IMG/VR virus record: IMGVR_UViG_2713896795_000007
Span: 1 to 39,405 of that record
DNA: 39,405 bases
Source of the DNA: a virus
Lineage: Duplodnaviria > Heunggongvirae > Uroviricota > Caudoviricetes
Direction: 5' to 3' (one strand)
Of this stretch, positions 17,687 through 25,894 are shown piece by piece. The notes under the pieces were generated by a model. The model was not told where the DNA came from. It ran no database searches and saw nothing but the letters and a program-made list of their open reading frames with translations. A program made the translations under genes and the position numbers. Each line of letters opens with the position of its first letter. Positions within the stretch are counted from its first letter, which is position 1.

Positions 17687-19327
17687 ATGATAGTCGATAA
17701 AAATGGCAGACCTTTTCCGCAACAGACGGAAAAAAAACGCGCACTGAATGACAGCGGGCGGATCCCCTACGACTCTGCCGGTTTCTCGCACGGTTCGGTG
17801 GCGGGCTGGAACCCGGTACTGTGGTCACCGGACAATGAAGTGAATATCTGGCGTAACCGTATGGTTGCCAGAATGCGCGACCTTGTCCGCAATGACGGCT
17901 GGGCGAATGGCAGTATCACCCGTCTGCTGGACAATGCCATGGGGGTGGTTTTTCGCCCGAGGATGAAGCCTGACTACCGGATGCTGGCAGAGATGACCGG
18001 CAACCGGGCATTTGATGCAGACTGGGCGGATGAGTACGGGCGCTGTGTGGAGGCACACTGGCGCAACTGGGCCAGTGATGCCGGGTGTTACTGCGACCTT
18101 GAACGCAGACAGACCCTGCCGCAGCTTTTCCGGCTGGCATTCCGCCACAAGATGATCGACGGCGATGCGCTGGCGGTCATCCACTGGCGACCGGACAGAA
18201 TAGCCCCCGGTCGCGGGCGTTACGGTACGGTGGTACAGGTGATTGACCCCGACCGGCTGAGTAACCCGAACGATGCGTTTGACATGCCGCATATTCGTGG
18301 CGGTGTGGAAATTGACGCGGACGGGGTGCCGGTAGCCTATCACATCCGGTCCGCACACATGGGGGACTGGTGGAGCGGCAGTGACACGATGCACTGGGAA
18401 CGCGTGCCGCGTGAAACGTCGTGGGGAAGGCCGGTGGTGGTGCATGACTTTGATCATGACCGTGCGGGCCAGCATCGTGGTGTCGGTATTCTCAATCCCG
18501 TGGTTCAGCGTCTGAAAATGCTTATCAAGTACGACCAGGTGGAGCTGGAAGCCGCCATCATCAATGCCATGTTCGGTTTTTTCATCACGTCGCCCTATGA
18601 CCCGAAACTGACAGAAGATCTGATGAGTGACGCGGAGGTGATTAATGGCTACCAGGATGCGCGCATGAAGTATCACGATACTAACCGGATTTCGATGTCG
18701 GGCGTGCGTATTCCCATCACGTTCCCCGGCGAAGAGCCAAAAGCCGTGAGCGCCGCCCGCCCGGTCAGTAACTTTAAGGAGTTCGAGGGCACGGTGCTCA
18801 GGAATATTGCCGCTGCACTGGGTCTGTCCACCCAGCAGGTGACACAGGACTGGTCGGACGTTAACTACAGCTCTGCCCGTGCGGCACTCCTTGAGGCGTG
18901 GAAAACACTGACCCGCCGTCGTGATGAGTTTGCGGTTGGCTTTGCCCAGCCGGTGCTGACGGCGTTTCTGGAAGAGCTGCACGAAGAAGAGGATTTGCCG
19001 CTGCCTGCAGGCGCACCGGATTTTCTGGCGGCGCGGGCCGCTTACACCCGTGCCCACTGGATGGGACCGGGGCGTGGCTGGGTGGATCCGGTCGCGGAGA
19101 AAAAAGGGGCGATTCTGGCGATGGAGGCCGGCATGTCCACGCTGGAAATCGAAGTGGCTGAGAACGTGGGGGAAGATTTCGAGGACATTCTCGATCAGCG
19201 GGCGCGAGAAGAGCGGGCCTTTAAGGAAAGAGGCCTGACACCGCCTTCCTGGTTTCAGGCAGAGCAGTTTGCCTCCACACCGACGGGCAGTGACCCGGCA
19301 GAGCCGAAGGAGCCTGATGTTTCATGA
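17687..19327 (+). CDS. portal protein (lambda gpB family)
   Basis: 546 aa, size and position match lambda gpB; follows gpW and precedes the protease. Confidence 0.85.
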   Translation: MIVDKNGRPFPQQTEKKRALNDSGRIPYDSAGFSHGSVAGWNPVLWSPDNEVNIWRNRMVARMRDLVRNDGWANGSITRLLDNAMGVVFRPRMKPDYRMLAEMTGNRAFDADWADEYGRCVEAHWRNWASDAGCYCDLERRQTLPQLFRLAFRHKMIDGDALAVIHWRPDRIAPGRGRYGTVVQVIDPDRLSNPNDAFDMPHIRGGVEIDADGVPVAYHIRSAHMGDWWSGSDTMHWERVPRETSWGRPVVVHDFDHDRAGQHRGVGILNPVVQRLKMLIKYDQVELEAAIINAMFGFFITSPYDPKLTEDLMSDAEVINGYQDARMKYHDTNRISMSGVRIPITFPGEEPKAVSAARPVSNFKEFEGTVLRNIAAALGLSTQQVTQDWSDVNYSSARAALLEAWKTLTRRRDEFAVGFAQPVLTAFLEELHEEEDLPLPAGAPDFLAARAAYTRAHWMGPGRGWVDPVAEKKGAILAMEAGMSTLEIEVAENVGEDFEDILDQRAREERAFKERGLTPPSWFQAEQFASTPTGSDPAEPKEPDVS

Positions 19328-20184
19328 ATCAACTTGCACTGTTAAGCCAGCGCCTGCTGAACACGCCGCTGGCCATTCATCCGCGAAAAGCGGAAATCAT
19401 TGTTACGGCACTGGCAGAACGACTCGGGATCACCCGGATAAAAACGGGGGCCTGGTATGACGATGATGAAGACGATTTCTGCCGTCCCGCCCGTGAAAGC
19501 GGGTACGACATTCTGGAAGGGATCGCCATCATTCCCGTGCACGGCACCCTGGTACAGAAACTGGGGACGCTACGGCCTTACTCCGGCATGACGGGGTATG
19601 ACGGCATCCGGCGAAATTTTCTGACGGCGCTTAACGACCCTGATGTTAAGGGCATCTGTCTTGATATCGATTCACCCGGCGGAGAAGTGGCCGGGTGTTT
19701 TGATCTGGTGGACACGATTTTTGCCTGTCGCGGGCAGAAACCGGTGCACGCCATTCTCTCGGAGTCGGCGTACTCGGCGGCCTATGCCCTTGCCAGCGCC
19801 GCCGACCGGATCATGGTCCCCCGCACGGGCGGCGTGGGATCCGTCGGTGTCATCTACGTGCACTGTGACATGTCGCGCCAGATGAAGGATGAGGGGCTGA
19901 ACGTGACCATCATCACCTGCGGCAGCCGGAAGGCGGAGACCAGTCCGCTGCGTCCGCTGAGTGAGGCGGCACAGGCGGCACTTCAGGCGGACACTGACGC
20001 TGCAGGCACGCTTTTTATCGAAACCGTTGCCCGCAACCGTGGCATCAGCGCGGATGCGGTGCGTGCACTTGAGGCCCGGACGTTGCGGGCTGACGAAGGG
20101 GTGCAGGCAGGGCTTGCCGACGACGTGATGTCGCCGGATGAGGCCTTTTCTTTTCTGTTAAAGGAGACAGCAAACAATGGGTAA
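19324..20184 (+). CDS. head maturation protease, S49 (SppA/ClpP-like) family
   Basis: DIDSPGGEVAG and SESAYSAAYALASAADRIM motifs typical of S49 peptidases; lambda gpC position. Confidence 0.85.
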   Translation: MNQLALLSQRLLNTPLAIHPRKAEIIVTALAERLGITRIKTGAWYDDDEDDFCRPARESGYDILEGIAIIPVHGTLVQKLGTLRPYSGMTGYDGIRRNFLTALNDPDVKGICLDIDSPGGEVAGCFDLVDTIFACRGQKPVHAILSESAYSAAYALASAADRIMVPRTGGVGSVGVIYVHCDMSRQMKDEGLNVTIITCGSRKAETSPLRPLSEAAQAALQADTDAAGTLFIETVARNRGISADAVRALEARTLRADEGVQAGLADDVMSPDEAFSFLLKETANNG

Positions 20185-20758
20185 ATTTTCTTTCATGCAC
20201 CTGGTAGGCATGGGCGGTCGTTCGCGAATGGATGACGATCCGGAGGACAAACGCGACGGGGAGAATGCGGAGGATGACGAGGATCGTCGCGAAAGCCGTA
20301 AGGCGCGCTCCCGTGCGGATGACGACGATAACGACGACGACGGACAGGCGGATGACGACGAAAACTGCCGCGAAAGCCGTAAGGCGCGCTCCCGTGCGGA
20401 TGATGACGATAACGACGACGATGAAAACGCAGAAGACGACGATGACGAAGAAAAGGCCCGCGCCAGCGAACGTCATCGCTGCGCAGCCATCTTCGCCACG
20501 CCGTATGCAGCGAAAAATCCGGCCCTTGCCGCAGAGCTGGCCTTCAACACCCGCATGAGTGTGAAACAGGCCAGAGCCGTGATGAAAGCGGCGGTGGCAG
20601 GGGGCGCAGGCCAGAAAGGCGGACTGACTGCCCGTATGCAGCATGTACCACAGCCGGGAACCGGACGTGATGTCCGCCCTGCACCGACGGAGGCGCACGC
20701 GATGGCACAGCACGCCATGAAACTGTACAACGAGGCGACGGGAGGTAAAGCGCAATGA
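20177..20758 (+). CDS. acidic repeat-containing head assembly protein (scaffold-like)
   Basis: AAGGAG RBS; D/E-rich N-terminal half with duplicated RESRKARSRADDDDNDDD unit (about 49-bp direct repeat, copies starting near 20287 and 20368); between protease and decoration protein. Confidence 0.55.
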   Translation: MGKFSFMHLVGMGGRSRMDDDPEDKRDGENAEDDEDRRESRKARSRADDDDNDDDGQADDDENCRESRKARSRADDDDNDDDENAEDDDDEEKARASERHRCAAIFATPYAAKNPALAAELAFNTRMSVKQARAVMKAAVAGGAGQKGGLTARMQHVPQPGTGRDVRPAPTEAHAMAQHAMKLYNEATGGKAQ

Positions 20759-21156
20759 GCACATACGGAAACAACCCGTCGGTACCGGGTTACTGGTCCG
20801 GTGCATACCAGCCGGACCAGCTGCTGTGCGGACCGCTTCAGGTGGTCACAAAAACTGTGACCATCACTGGTGGCGAGGTGTATCAGCGCGGTACGGTGCT
20901 GGGGCGCATCACGGAAAGTGGGGCGTACACCCTCTGCAAGCAGGGGGCAGGCGTGACGGACGGCAGCGAAACGCCGGTGGCGATTCTGGCGGACATGGCG
21001 GATGCCTCGTCCGGTGATGTGCTGGCCGGTGTCTACCTGATGGGTGAGTTCAACGCAAACCGGGTGATTTTTGATGAAAGCTGGGACATTGATGATCTGA
21101 GCGTGGCGCTGGAGAAAGAGAAAATCTTTCTGCGCAATCCGGTCACGGTACCGTGA
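20755..21156 (+). CDS. head decoration protein (gpD-like)
   Basis: 133 aa immediately upstream of the major capsid gene; size and position of lambda gpD-type decoration proteins. Confidence 0.65.
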   Translation: MSTYGNNPSVPGYWSGAYQPDQLLCGPLQVVTKTVTITGGEVYQRGTVLGRITESGAYTLCKQGAGVTDGSETPVAILADMADASSGDVLAGVYLMGEFNANRVIFDESWDIDDLSVALEKEKIFLRNPVTVP

Positions 21157-21178
21157 TCTCCCCTCTGACAGCCTGACA

Positions 21179-21200
21179 GCCGCATGATGCGGCTTTTTTT
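21179..21200. terminator. hairpin plus T-run between decoration and capsid genes
   Basis: GCCGCA-TGA-TGCGGC followed by TTTTTTT. Confidence 0.5.
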
Positions 21201-21211
21201 ATGGGATTTTT

Positions 21212-22267
21212 ATGAGCGAAAAAGACTTTAATCTGCTGTACGACACCGCGTTTCTGGCGCAGGTGGTGCCGAACCTGTTTGTGGCTCAGAACTGGCTGCT
21301 GGACAGTTTCTTCCCGAATATCGTGCTGAGCGATACGGAGTATGTGGCCATTGATGTGGAAGTGGGCGCACGCCGTATGTCACCGTTCTGCTCCCCTCTG
21401 GTGGAAGGACCAATGGTTGAGGCCCTGCCGTACCAGACCAACACCTTCAGACCGGCCTACATCAAGGATAAGCGCGTTCCCGATTTGCTTCGTCCGGTGC
21501 GCCGTATGATCGGCGAACGCCTGGGCGGGCGTGAGTACACGCCAGCAGAGCGTGCAATGCTGAACCTCCAGTACGAGATGGCCGACCAGATCAACATGCT
21601 GAACCGTCGTCTTGAATGGATGGCGGCACAGGCGCTCCAGTACGCGAAGGTGACGATCGCCGGTGAGGGCTACCCGACCACGGAAGTGGATTTTCGTCGT
21701 GACAGCGACCTGACGGTGACACTGAGCGGGGATGATGTCTGGCCTTCTGAGGAAAGCAGCACGATCCCGACCTCCTGCCTTGAGGCGTGGGCGACGCTGA
21801 TGCTGAAAAAATCCGGTGCGTACCCGACCGAGGTGATTTTCACGCCGTCAGCCTGGACAGCGTTCATGAACGACAGTTTCATTCGTGAGAACGCCATCAA
21901 CATGCCCGCCCTGAACCCGACCAGCAACGTGGTGAACCCGGGGACGCAGATCAACACCGGTGCGGTGTACAAGGGCAGGTGGGGGAACTTCAACCTCTGG
22001 CTGTATAACGACTGGTTCATCGATCCGGATGACGGAACCGAAAAACCGATGCTGGATGACGGCAACGTCATTCTGACCGGGGCGGCCCTGATGGGGACCC
22101 GCGCGTTCGGCTGTATCATGGATCCGGCGTTTAATTACGGCCAGATGGCCTATGCCCCGAAAATGTGGGATCAGCAGGATCCGGCACAGCGTTTCCTGAT
22201 GATGCAGTCGGCACCGATTGTCATCCCGTCCCGTGTCAATGCGTGCCTGTGCGCGTCGGTGGTGTGA
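21212..22267 (+). CDS. major capsid protein (lambda gpE family)
   Basis: 351 aa; C-terminal region TRAFGCIMD...QRFLMMQSAPIVIP parallels lambda gpE (LRTYGCIQD...REFTMIQSAPLML). Confidence 0.9.
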   Translation: MSEKDFNLLYDTAFLAQVVPNLFVAQNWLLDSFFPNIVLSDTEYVAIDVEVGARRMSPFCSPLVEGPMVEALPYQTNTFRPAYIKDKRVPDLLRPVRRMIGERLGGREYTPAERAMLNLQYEMADQINMLNRRLEWMAAQALQYAKVTIAGEGYPTTEVDFRRDSDLTVTLSGDDVWPSEESSTIPTSCLEAWATLMLKKSGAYPTEVIFTPSAWTAFMNDSFIRENAINMPALNPTSNVVNPGTQINTGAVYKGRWGNFNLWLYNDWFIDPDDGTEKPMLDDGNVILTGAALMGTRAFGCIMDPAFNYGQMAYAPKMWDQQDPAQRFLMMQSAPIVIPSRVNACLCASVV

Positions 22268-22268
22268 G

Positions 22269-22454
22269 ATGGCGTCCGGCAAAAAGGGCGCGCCGGTTGA
22301 CTATGTTGTGCTGCGCGGTTGTGTGCAGCACAACGGACAACGGGTGGCGCAGGGTAATGTGATCACCCTGAGCGAAAGCGAGGCGCAGCGTCTTCTGCGT
22401 CTGGGGGTGATTGTTCCACTGGCGGAGATGAAGGGTGATGGCCGGACCGGTTGA
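22269..22454 (+). CDS. small head/neck-region protein (61 aa)
   Basis: ATG after GGTGGTGTGAG; located between capsid and tail genes. Confidence 0.4.
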   Translation: MASGKKGAPVDYVVLRGCVQHNGQRVAQGNVITLSESEAQRLLRLGVIVPLAEMKGDGRTG

Positions 22455-22770
22455 CTGGGACAAAAATCTGTTGTCCCCGTTGTTCGGGGTGTTTGGTGAG
22501 GAATGCGAACACCGCCCGCGTGGCGGTGAGGCGTACCGGCTGACCGGGATTTTTGACCGGGCGTACACGCAGCAGCTTGTCGGCGAGGACGGGGGCACGG
22601 AATCAAACTCCACGCTGCCCGTGCTGGGCGTGCGGGATGCGGCGTGTCGCGTGAAGCCGAAGCAGGGCGATATTTTCCTCATCGTGCGCACGGGGGAGCT
22701 GTATATCGTGCGGGATGTGCAACCGGACAGCCACGGCGGCACGCGACTTGAACTGAACAGGGTGAAGTGA
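22435..22770 (+). CDS. putative head completion / head-tail connector protein
   Basis: 111 aa, overlapping neighbours in operon style. Confidence 0.45.
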   Translation: MMAGPVDWDKNLLSPLFGVFGEECEHRPRGGEAYRLTGIFDRAYTQQLVGEDGGTESNSTLPVLGVRDAACRVKPKQGDIFLIVRTGELYIVRDVQPDSHGGTRLELNRVK

Positions 22771-23330
22771 TGAATACCGCAGAAGCCAGAAAAATTGTCA
22801 CCCGGGCACTGAACGACTGTTCCGGTTTTGGCGGTCGGGTGTATTCCCCGCGCACCCTGCCGGTGATGCCGGACCAGTACCCGCTCATCATTGTGTCCGT
22901 GCAGTCCGAACACAAGGTGTCACAGGGGCGGCATGTGCCGCAGTTCACCACCACCACGACCCTGCGTATCGACGGTCGCGTGCTGGCGTATGACAGCGGG
23001 GACGAGACGGAAAACGCAGCAGGCGTGGCGTGGGAAGAGGCGGAGGCGATGAAGGAGGCGATAGAGCGTGCCGTCATCGGTAATCCGGACGTCCGCATGA
23101 AGTTTCAGCAAATCAGCAGGATCCGGTCGCATATCGGCGTGGATTCCGACGGTGAAGCGCACACCGGTATTGTGGTGCTGGAGCTGGATCTGGAGTACTA
23201 CCAGGGGCCGGAGGATTTCTTCCCGTCTGAGATTGTCCCGCTGCGTGAGGTGAACGTGCGCGGCGTGTATCCGTCATTCCGCCTGCATTTTGATTTGTCT
23301 GCCGGTGATGAAACCGGCAGTGAAACCTGA
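22767..23330 (+). CDS. putative neck / tail completion protein
   Basis: 187 aa in the head-tail joining region; start overlaps the previous stop. Confidence 0.45.
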   Translation: MMNTAEARKIVTRALNDCSGFGGRVYSPRTLPVMPDQYPLIIVSVQSEHKVSQGRHVPQFTTTTTLRIDGRVLAYDSGDETENAAGVAWEEAEAMKEAIERAVIGNPDVRMKFQQISRIRSHIGVDSDGEAHTGIVVLELDLEYYQGPEDFFPSEIVPLREVNVRGVYPSFRLHFDLSAGDETGSET

Positions 23331-23343
23331 CAGGAGAAATTCC

Positions 23344-23580
23344 ATGTTTGTGAAACCTGTACCGGGGCGCAGGGTGCGCTACCCCGGCGACCCGTCACGT
23401 CTGCTGCCTGATGAGGGGGCGGAGGTGCCGGATCGTGATTTGTTCTGGCGACGCCGCCTGAAGCAGGGGGATGTGGTACTGGCTGACAGGGCCACCACGG
23501 CAGCCACCGGCAAAGTGACCGCGTCCACGACAGCAACAGGCAGCACGTCTGCCAGCACGGCGAAAGGGGGTGATGCATGA
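23344..23580 (+). CDS. small protein preceding tail sheath (78 aa)
   Basis: GACAGGAG RBS; Thr/Ala/Ser-rich C-terminus; position seen in Mu-like tail modules. Confidence 0.45.
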   Translation: MFVKPVPGRRVRYPGDPSRLLPDEGAEVPDRDLFWRRRLKQGDVVLADRATTAATGKVTASTTATGSTSASTAKGGDA

Positions 23581-25079
23581 CGGTATCGTTCAGCAATATC
23601 CCGTCAAATCTCCGTGTGCCACTGTTCTATGTTGAAGTGGACAACTCAATGGCGAACAGCGCCACGGAGACGCAGCGCACCCTGCTGATTGGTCAGATGA
23701 CGGCTGCGGGAACGGCCACGGCAGGGACGGCATACCGCTGTTCATCGGCCTCCATGGCTGCCGGGCTGTGCGGGGAAGGCTCCATGCTGCATACCATGCT
23801 GATGGCCTACCTTAAAAATGACAGCTACGGAGAGACCTGGCTGCTGCCGCTGGCAGATGATGACAGCAGCATGACGACGGCCACAGGCAGTATATCTGTT
23901 GACAGTGTGCCGACGGCATCCGGCGTTATTTACCTGTACATCGCAGGCACCCGCGTGCGCCTGACGGTGAAGCCAGCGTACACGCGGGCAGAGATTGCCA
24001 GTCTGCTGGCAGACAGAATCAACGCCACCTCCGGGCTGCCGGTGACGGCCTCCGTGCCCCGTGATGGCACGACCGTTGAGCTTACGGCCAGAAATGCCGG
24101 TGAGACGGGAAACACCATTGATATCCGGCTGAACTATCTCGGGTCATCCGGCGGCGAGTCCACCCCGGACGGCCTGACGCTGACCATCACGGCGATGAGT
24201 GGCGGGGAGGGTGCGCCGGACCTTGCGGATGCGCTCGCCTCTCTGGGCGACCGCACGTTTGATTTCATTGTCCTGGCGTATTCCGACACCACATCGCTCA
24301 ACGACATGAAGGATTTTCTGTCGGATGACGAAGGTCGCTGGGCGTGGGACAAACAAATTTACGGCCATGCCTTCACGGCGGTAAACGGCAGCTATGGCGA
24401 GCTGGCAGACAAGGGAGAGCGCCGCAACGACCAGCACATGACACTCTGGGGAGTGTATGACGGTCCGAACACCTCATATGACTATGCCGCCGCGATGGTG
24501 GGGGCGCTGGCGCAGTCGGTCCGCAACGATCCGGCGAGACCCACCCAGACGCTGCCGGTATCCGGTGTGCTGGCCCCGCCGCTGGCAAGCCGTTTCACCC
24601 TGACGGAGCGGAACACGCTTCTCTACAGCGGTATCTCAACCTTCACGGTGTCGGCCGACGATACGGTGACGCTTGAGAATACCATCACCACGTACCAGAC
24701 CAACCGATACGGTGCGACAGACGACAGCTACCTGCAGATCGAGACGATGTACACGCTGATGTATGTATGCCGCGACATGCGCACACAGGTGACCTCGAAG
24801 TTTGGACGGATGAAGCTGGCAGATGACGACGCGAATATTCCGGCAGGGGCTGCGATAGCCACACCTGCGATTATTCGTGCTGAGCTGATCGCCCGGTTCC
24901 GGACGCTGGCGAGCAACGGCTACGTGCAGAATGCGGATGCGTTTGCGGAGCAACTGGTGGTTGAGCGTGACAGTGACAACCCGAACCGCGTGAACGTGGT
25001 GTGGCCGGGCCGCCTGATGAACCAGTTACGCATCTTTGCGGTGCTGAACCAGTTCAGGCTGAACAGCCGCAGCGATTAA
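23577..25079 (+). CDS. contractile tail sheath protein (Mu gpL-like)
   Basis: 500 aa, first gene of a Mu-like tail module and followed by the tube gene. Confidence 0.8.
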   Translation: MTVSFSNIPSNLRVPLFYVEVDNSMANSATETQRTLLIGQMTAAGTATAGTAYRCSSASMAAGLCGEGSMLHTMLMAYLKNDSYGETWLLPLADDDSSMTTATGSISVDSVPTASGVIYLYIAGTRVRLTVKPAYTRAEIASLLADRINATSGLPVTASVPRDGTTVELTARNAGETGNTIDIRLNYLGSSGGESTPDGLTLTITAMSGGEGAPDLADALASLGDRTFDFIVLAYSDTTSLNDMKDFLSDDEGRWAWDKQIYGHAFTAVNGSYGELADKGERRNDQHMTLWGVYDGPNTSYDYAAAMVGALAQSVRNDPARPTQTLPVSGVLAPPLASRFTLTERNTLLYSGISTFTVSADDTVTLENTITTYQTNRYGATDDSYLQIETMYTLMYVCRDMRTQVTSKFGRMKLADDDANIPAGAAIATPAIIRAELIARFRTLASNGYVQNADAFAEQLVVERDSDNPNRVNVVWPGRLMNQLRIFAVLNQFRLNSRSD

Positions 25080-25086
25080 CCATGAT

Positions 25087-25108
25087 GCCGCCTGCGGGCG
25101 GCTTTTTT
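25087..25108. terminator. hairpin plus T-run after the sheath gene
   Basis: GCCGCC-TGCG-GGCGGC followed by TTTTTT. Confidence 0.5.
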
Positions 25109-25118
25109 ACGGGAGACG

Positions 25119-25484
25119 ATGATGAGTCAGAACGCGTTAGCGGGCACCTGTACCGTGACGATTGACGGCGTGTCGGTCAATGTGGCCGGAACGTTCAGAT
25201 ATTCCGTGGGTGAAATCGAGCGTGAAACGCTCACGGGGATGAGCGGCATACATGGCTTTAAGGAGTCGTACAAAGCGCCGTTTATCGAGATGACGGTGCG
25301 TGATTCCGGCTCACTGTCACTGAAGGATTTTGCGGCATATACGGATGTGACGGTGGCGGCCTATCTGGTGAACGGCAAGACCATTCTCGGTCAGAACATG
25401 TGGCTGACTGGCCGGATTGAGACAGACAACAACGATGCAACCTTTACGGCCCGTTTTGAGGGGCGGGAAGTGACGGAGAGCTGA
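25119..25484 (+). CDS. tail tube protein (Mu gpM-like)
   Basis: 121 aa immediately after the sheath gene. Confidence 0.7.
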   Translation: MMSQNALAGTCTVTIDGVSVNVAGTFRYSVGEIERETLTGMSGIHGFKESYKAPFIEMTVRDSGSLSLKDFAAYTDVTVAAYLVNGKTILGQNMWLTGRIETDNNDATFTARFEGREVTES

Positions 25485-25486
25485 CA

Positions 25487-25765
25487 ATGAATGAGAAACA
25501 GACCGAAGAACTGGTGGTGACGCTGAAACGTCCGGTGAAGGATCCGGATACCAGGACCGAGTTCCGTGAGCTGCGACTGAAAGAGCCGGTGCTGTTCCAG
25601 GCGGAGGACTTTCACCGCAATACCGCCTCACTGGGCGCAATGGCGGCCATGCGTGAGCTGATTGCGGCAGTGGCGGGCGTGCCGTCTGCCCCGCTGAAAT
25701 TCATGGCGGTGTCCGATTACAAAAAGTGTGAGCGGTTCCTGACGGGTTTTTTCCTGGAGGCCTGA
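25487..25765 (+). CDS. tail assembly chaperone (short form)
   Basis: 92 aa between tube and tape measure genes; ends just after a GGGTTTTTTC slippery run. Confidence 0.7.
   Translation: MNEKQTEELVVTLKRPVKDPDTRTEFRELRLKEPVLFQAEDFHRNTASLGAMAAMRELIAAVAGVPSAPLKFMAVSDYKKCERFLTGFFLEA
25744..25753 (+). promoter_or_regulatory. candidate -1 programmed ribosomal frameshift site
   Basis: G GGT TTT TTC in the chaperone frame; a -1 slip opens a 52-codon extension ending at TAA 25903-25905, overlapping the tape measure start. Confidence 0.5.
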
Positions 25766-25894
25766 GCCAGTGGCAGGCGAGGGCGGCTGAACTAACGTGG
25801 TTCTTTCACTGGTCCCCGCGCGAGGCGTGGGGGCTGACGTCAGGGGAAATTCTCTGGTGGTCGTCGCAGGCAGAGCGGATCAACAGGCTGAGGA

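Noticed and set aside
15699-19057. Numerous long antisense and alternative-frame ORFs inside the terminase and portal genes (for example 16427-17257 minus, 17825-19057 minus, 15699-16118 plus)
   Set aside because: They lie entirely within strongly supported, GC-rich structural genes, have no RBS or family features, and are typical shadow ORFs of high-GC coding DNA.
20045-20806. Minus-strand 253-aa ORF and plus-strand alternative-frame ORF overlapping the acidic scaffold-like gene
   Set aside because: Both are products of the GAC/GAT-rich repetitive coding sequence read in other frames; the plus-frame acidic protein has the RBS and fits the gene order.
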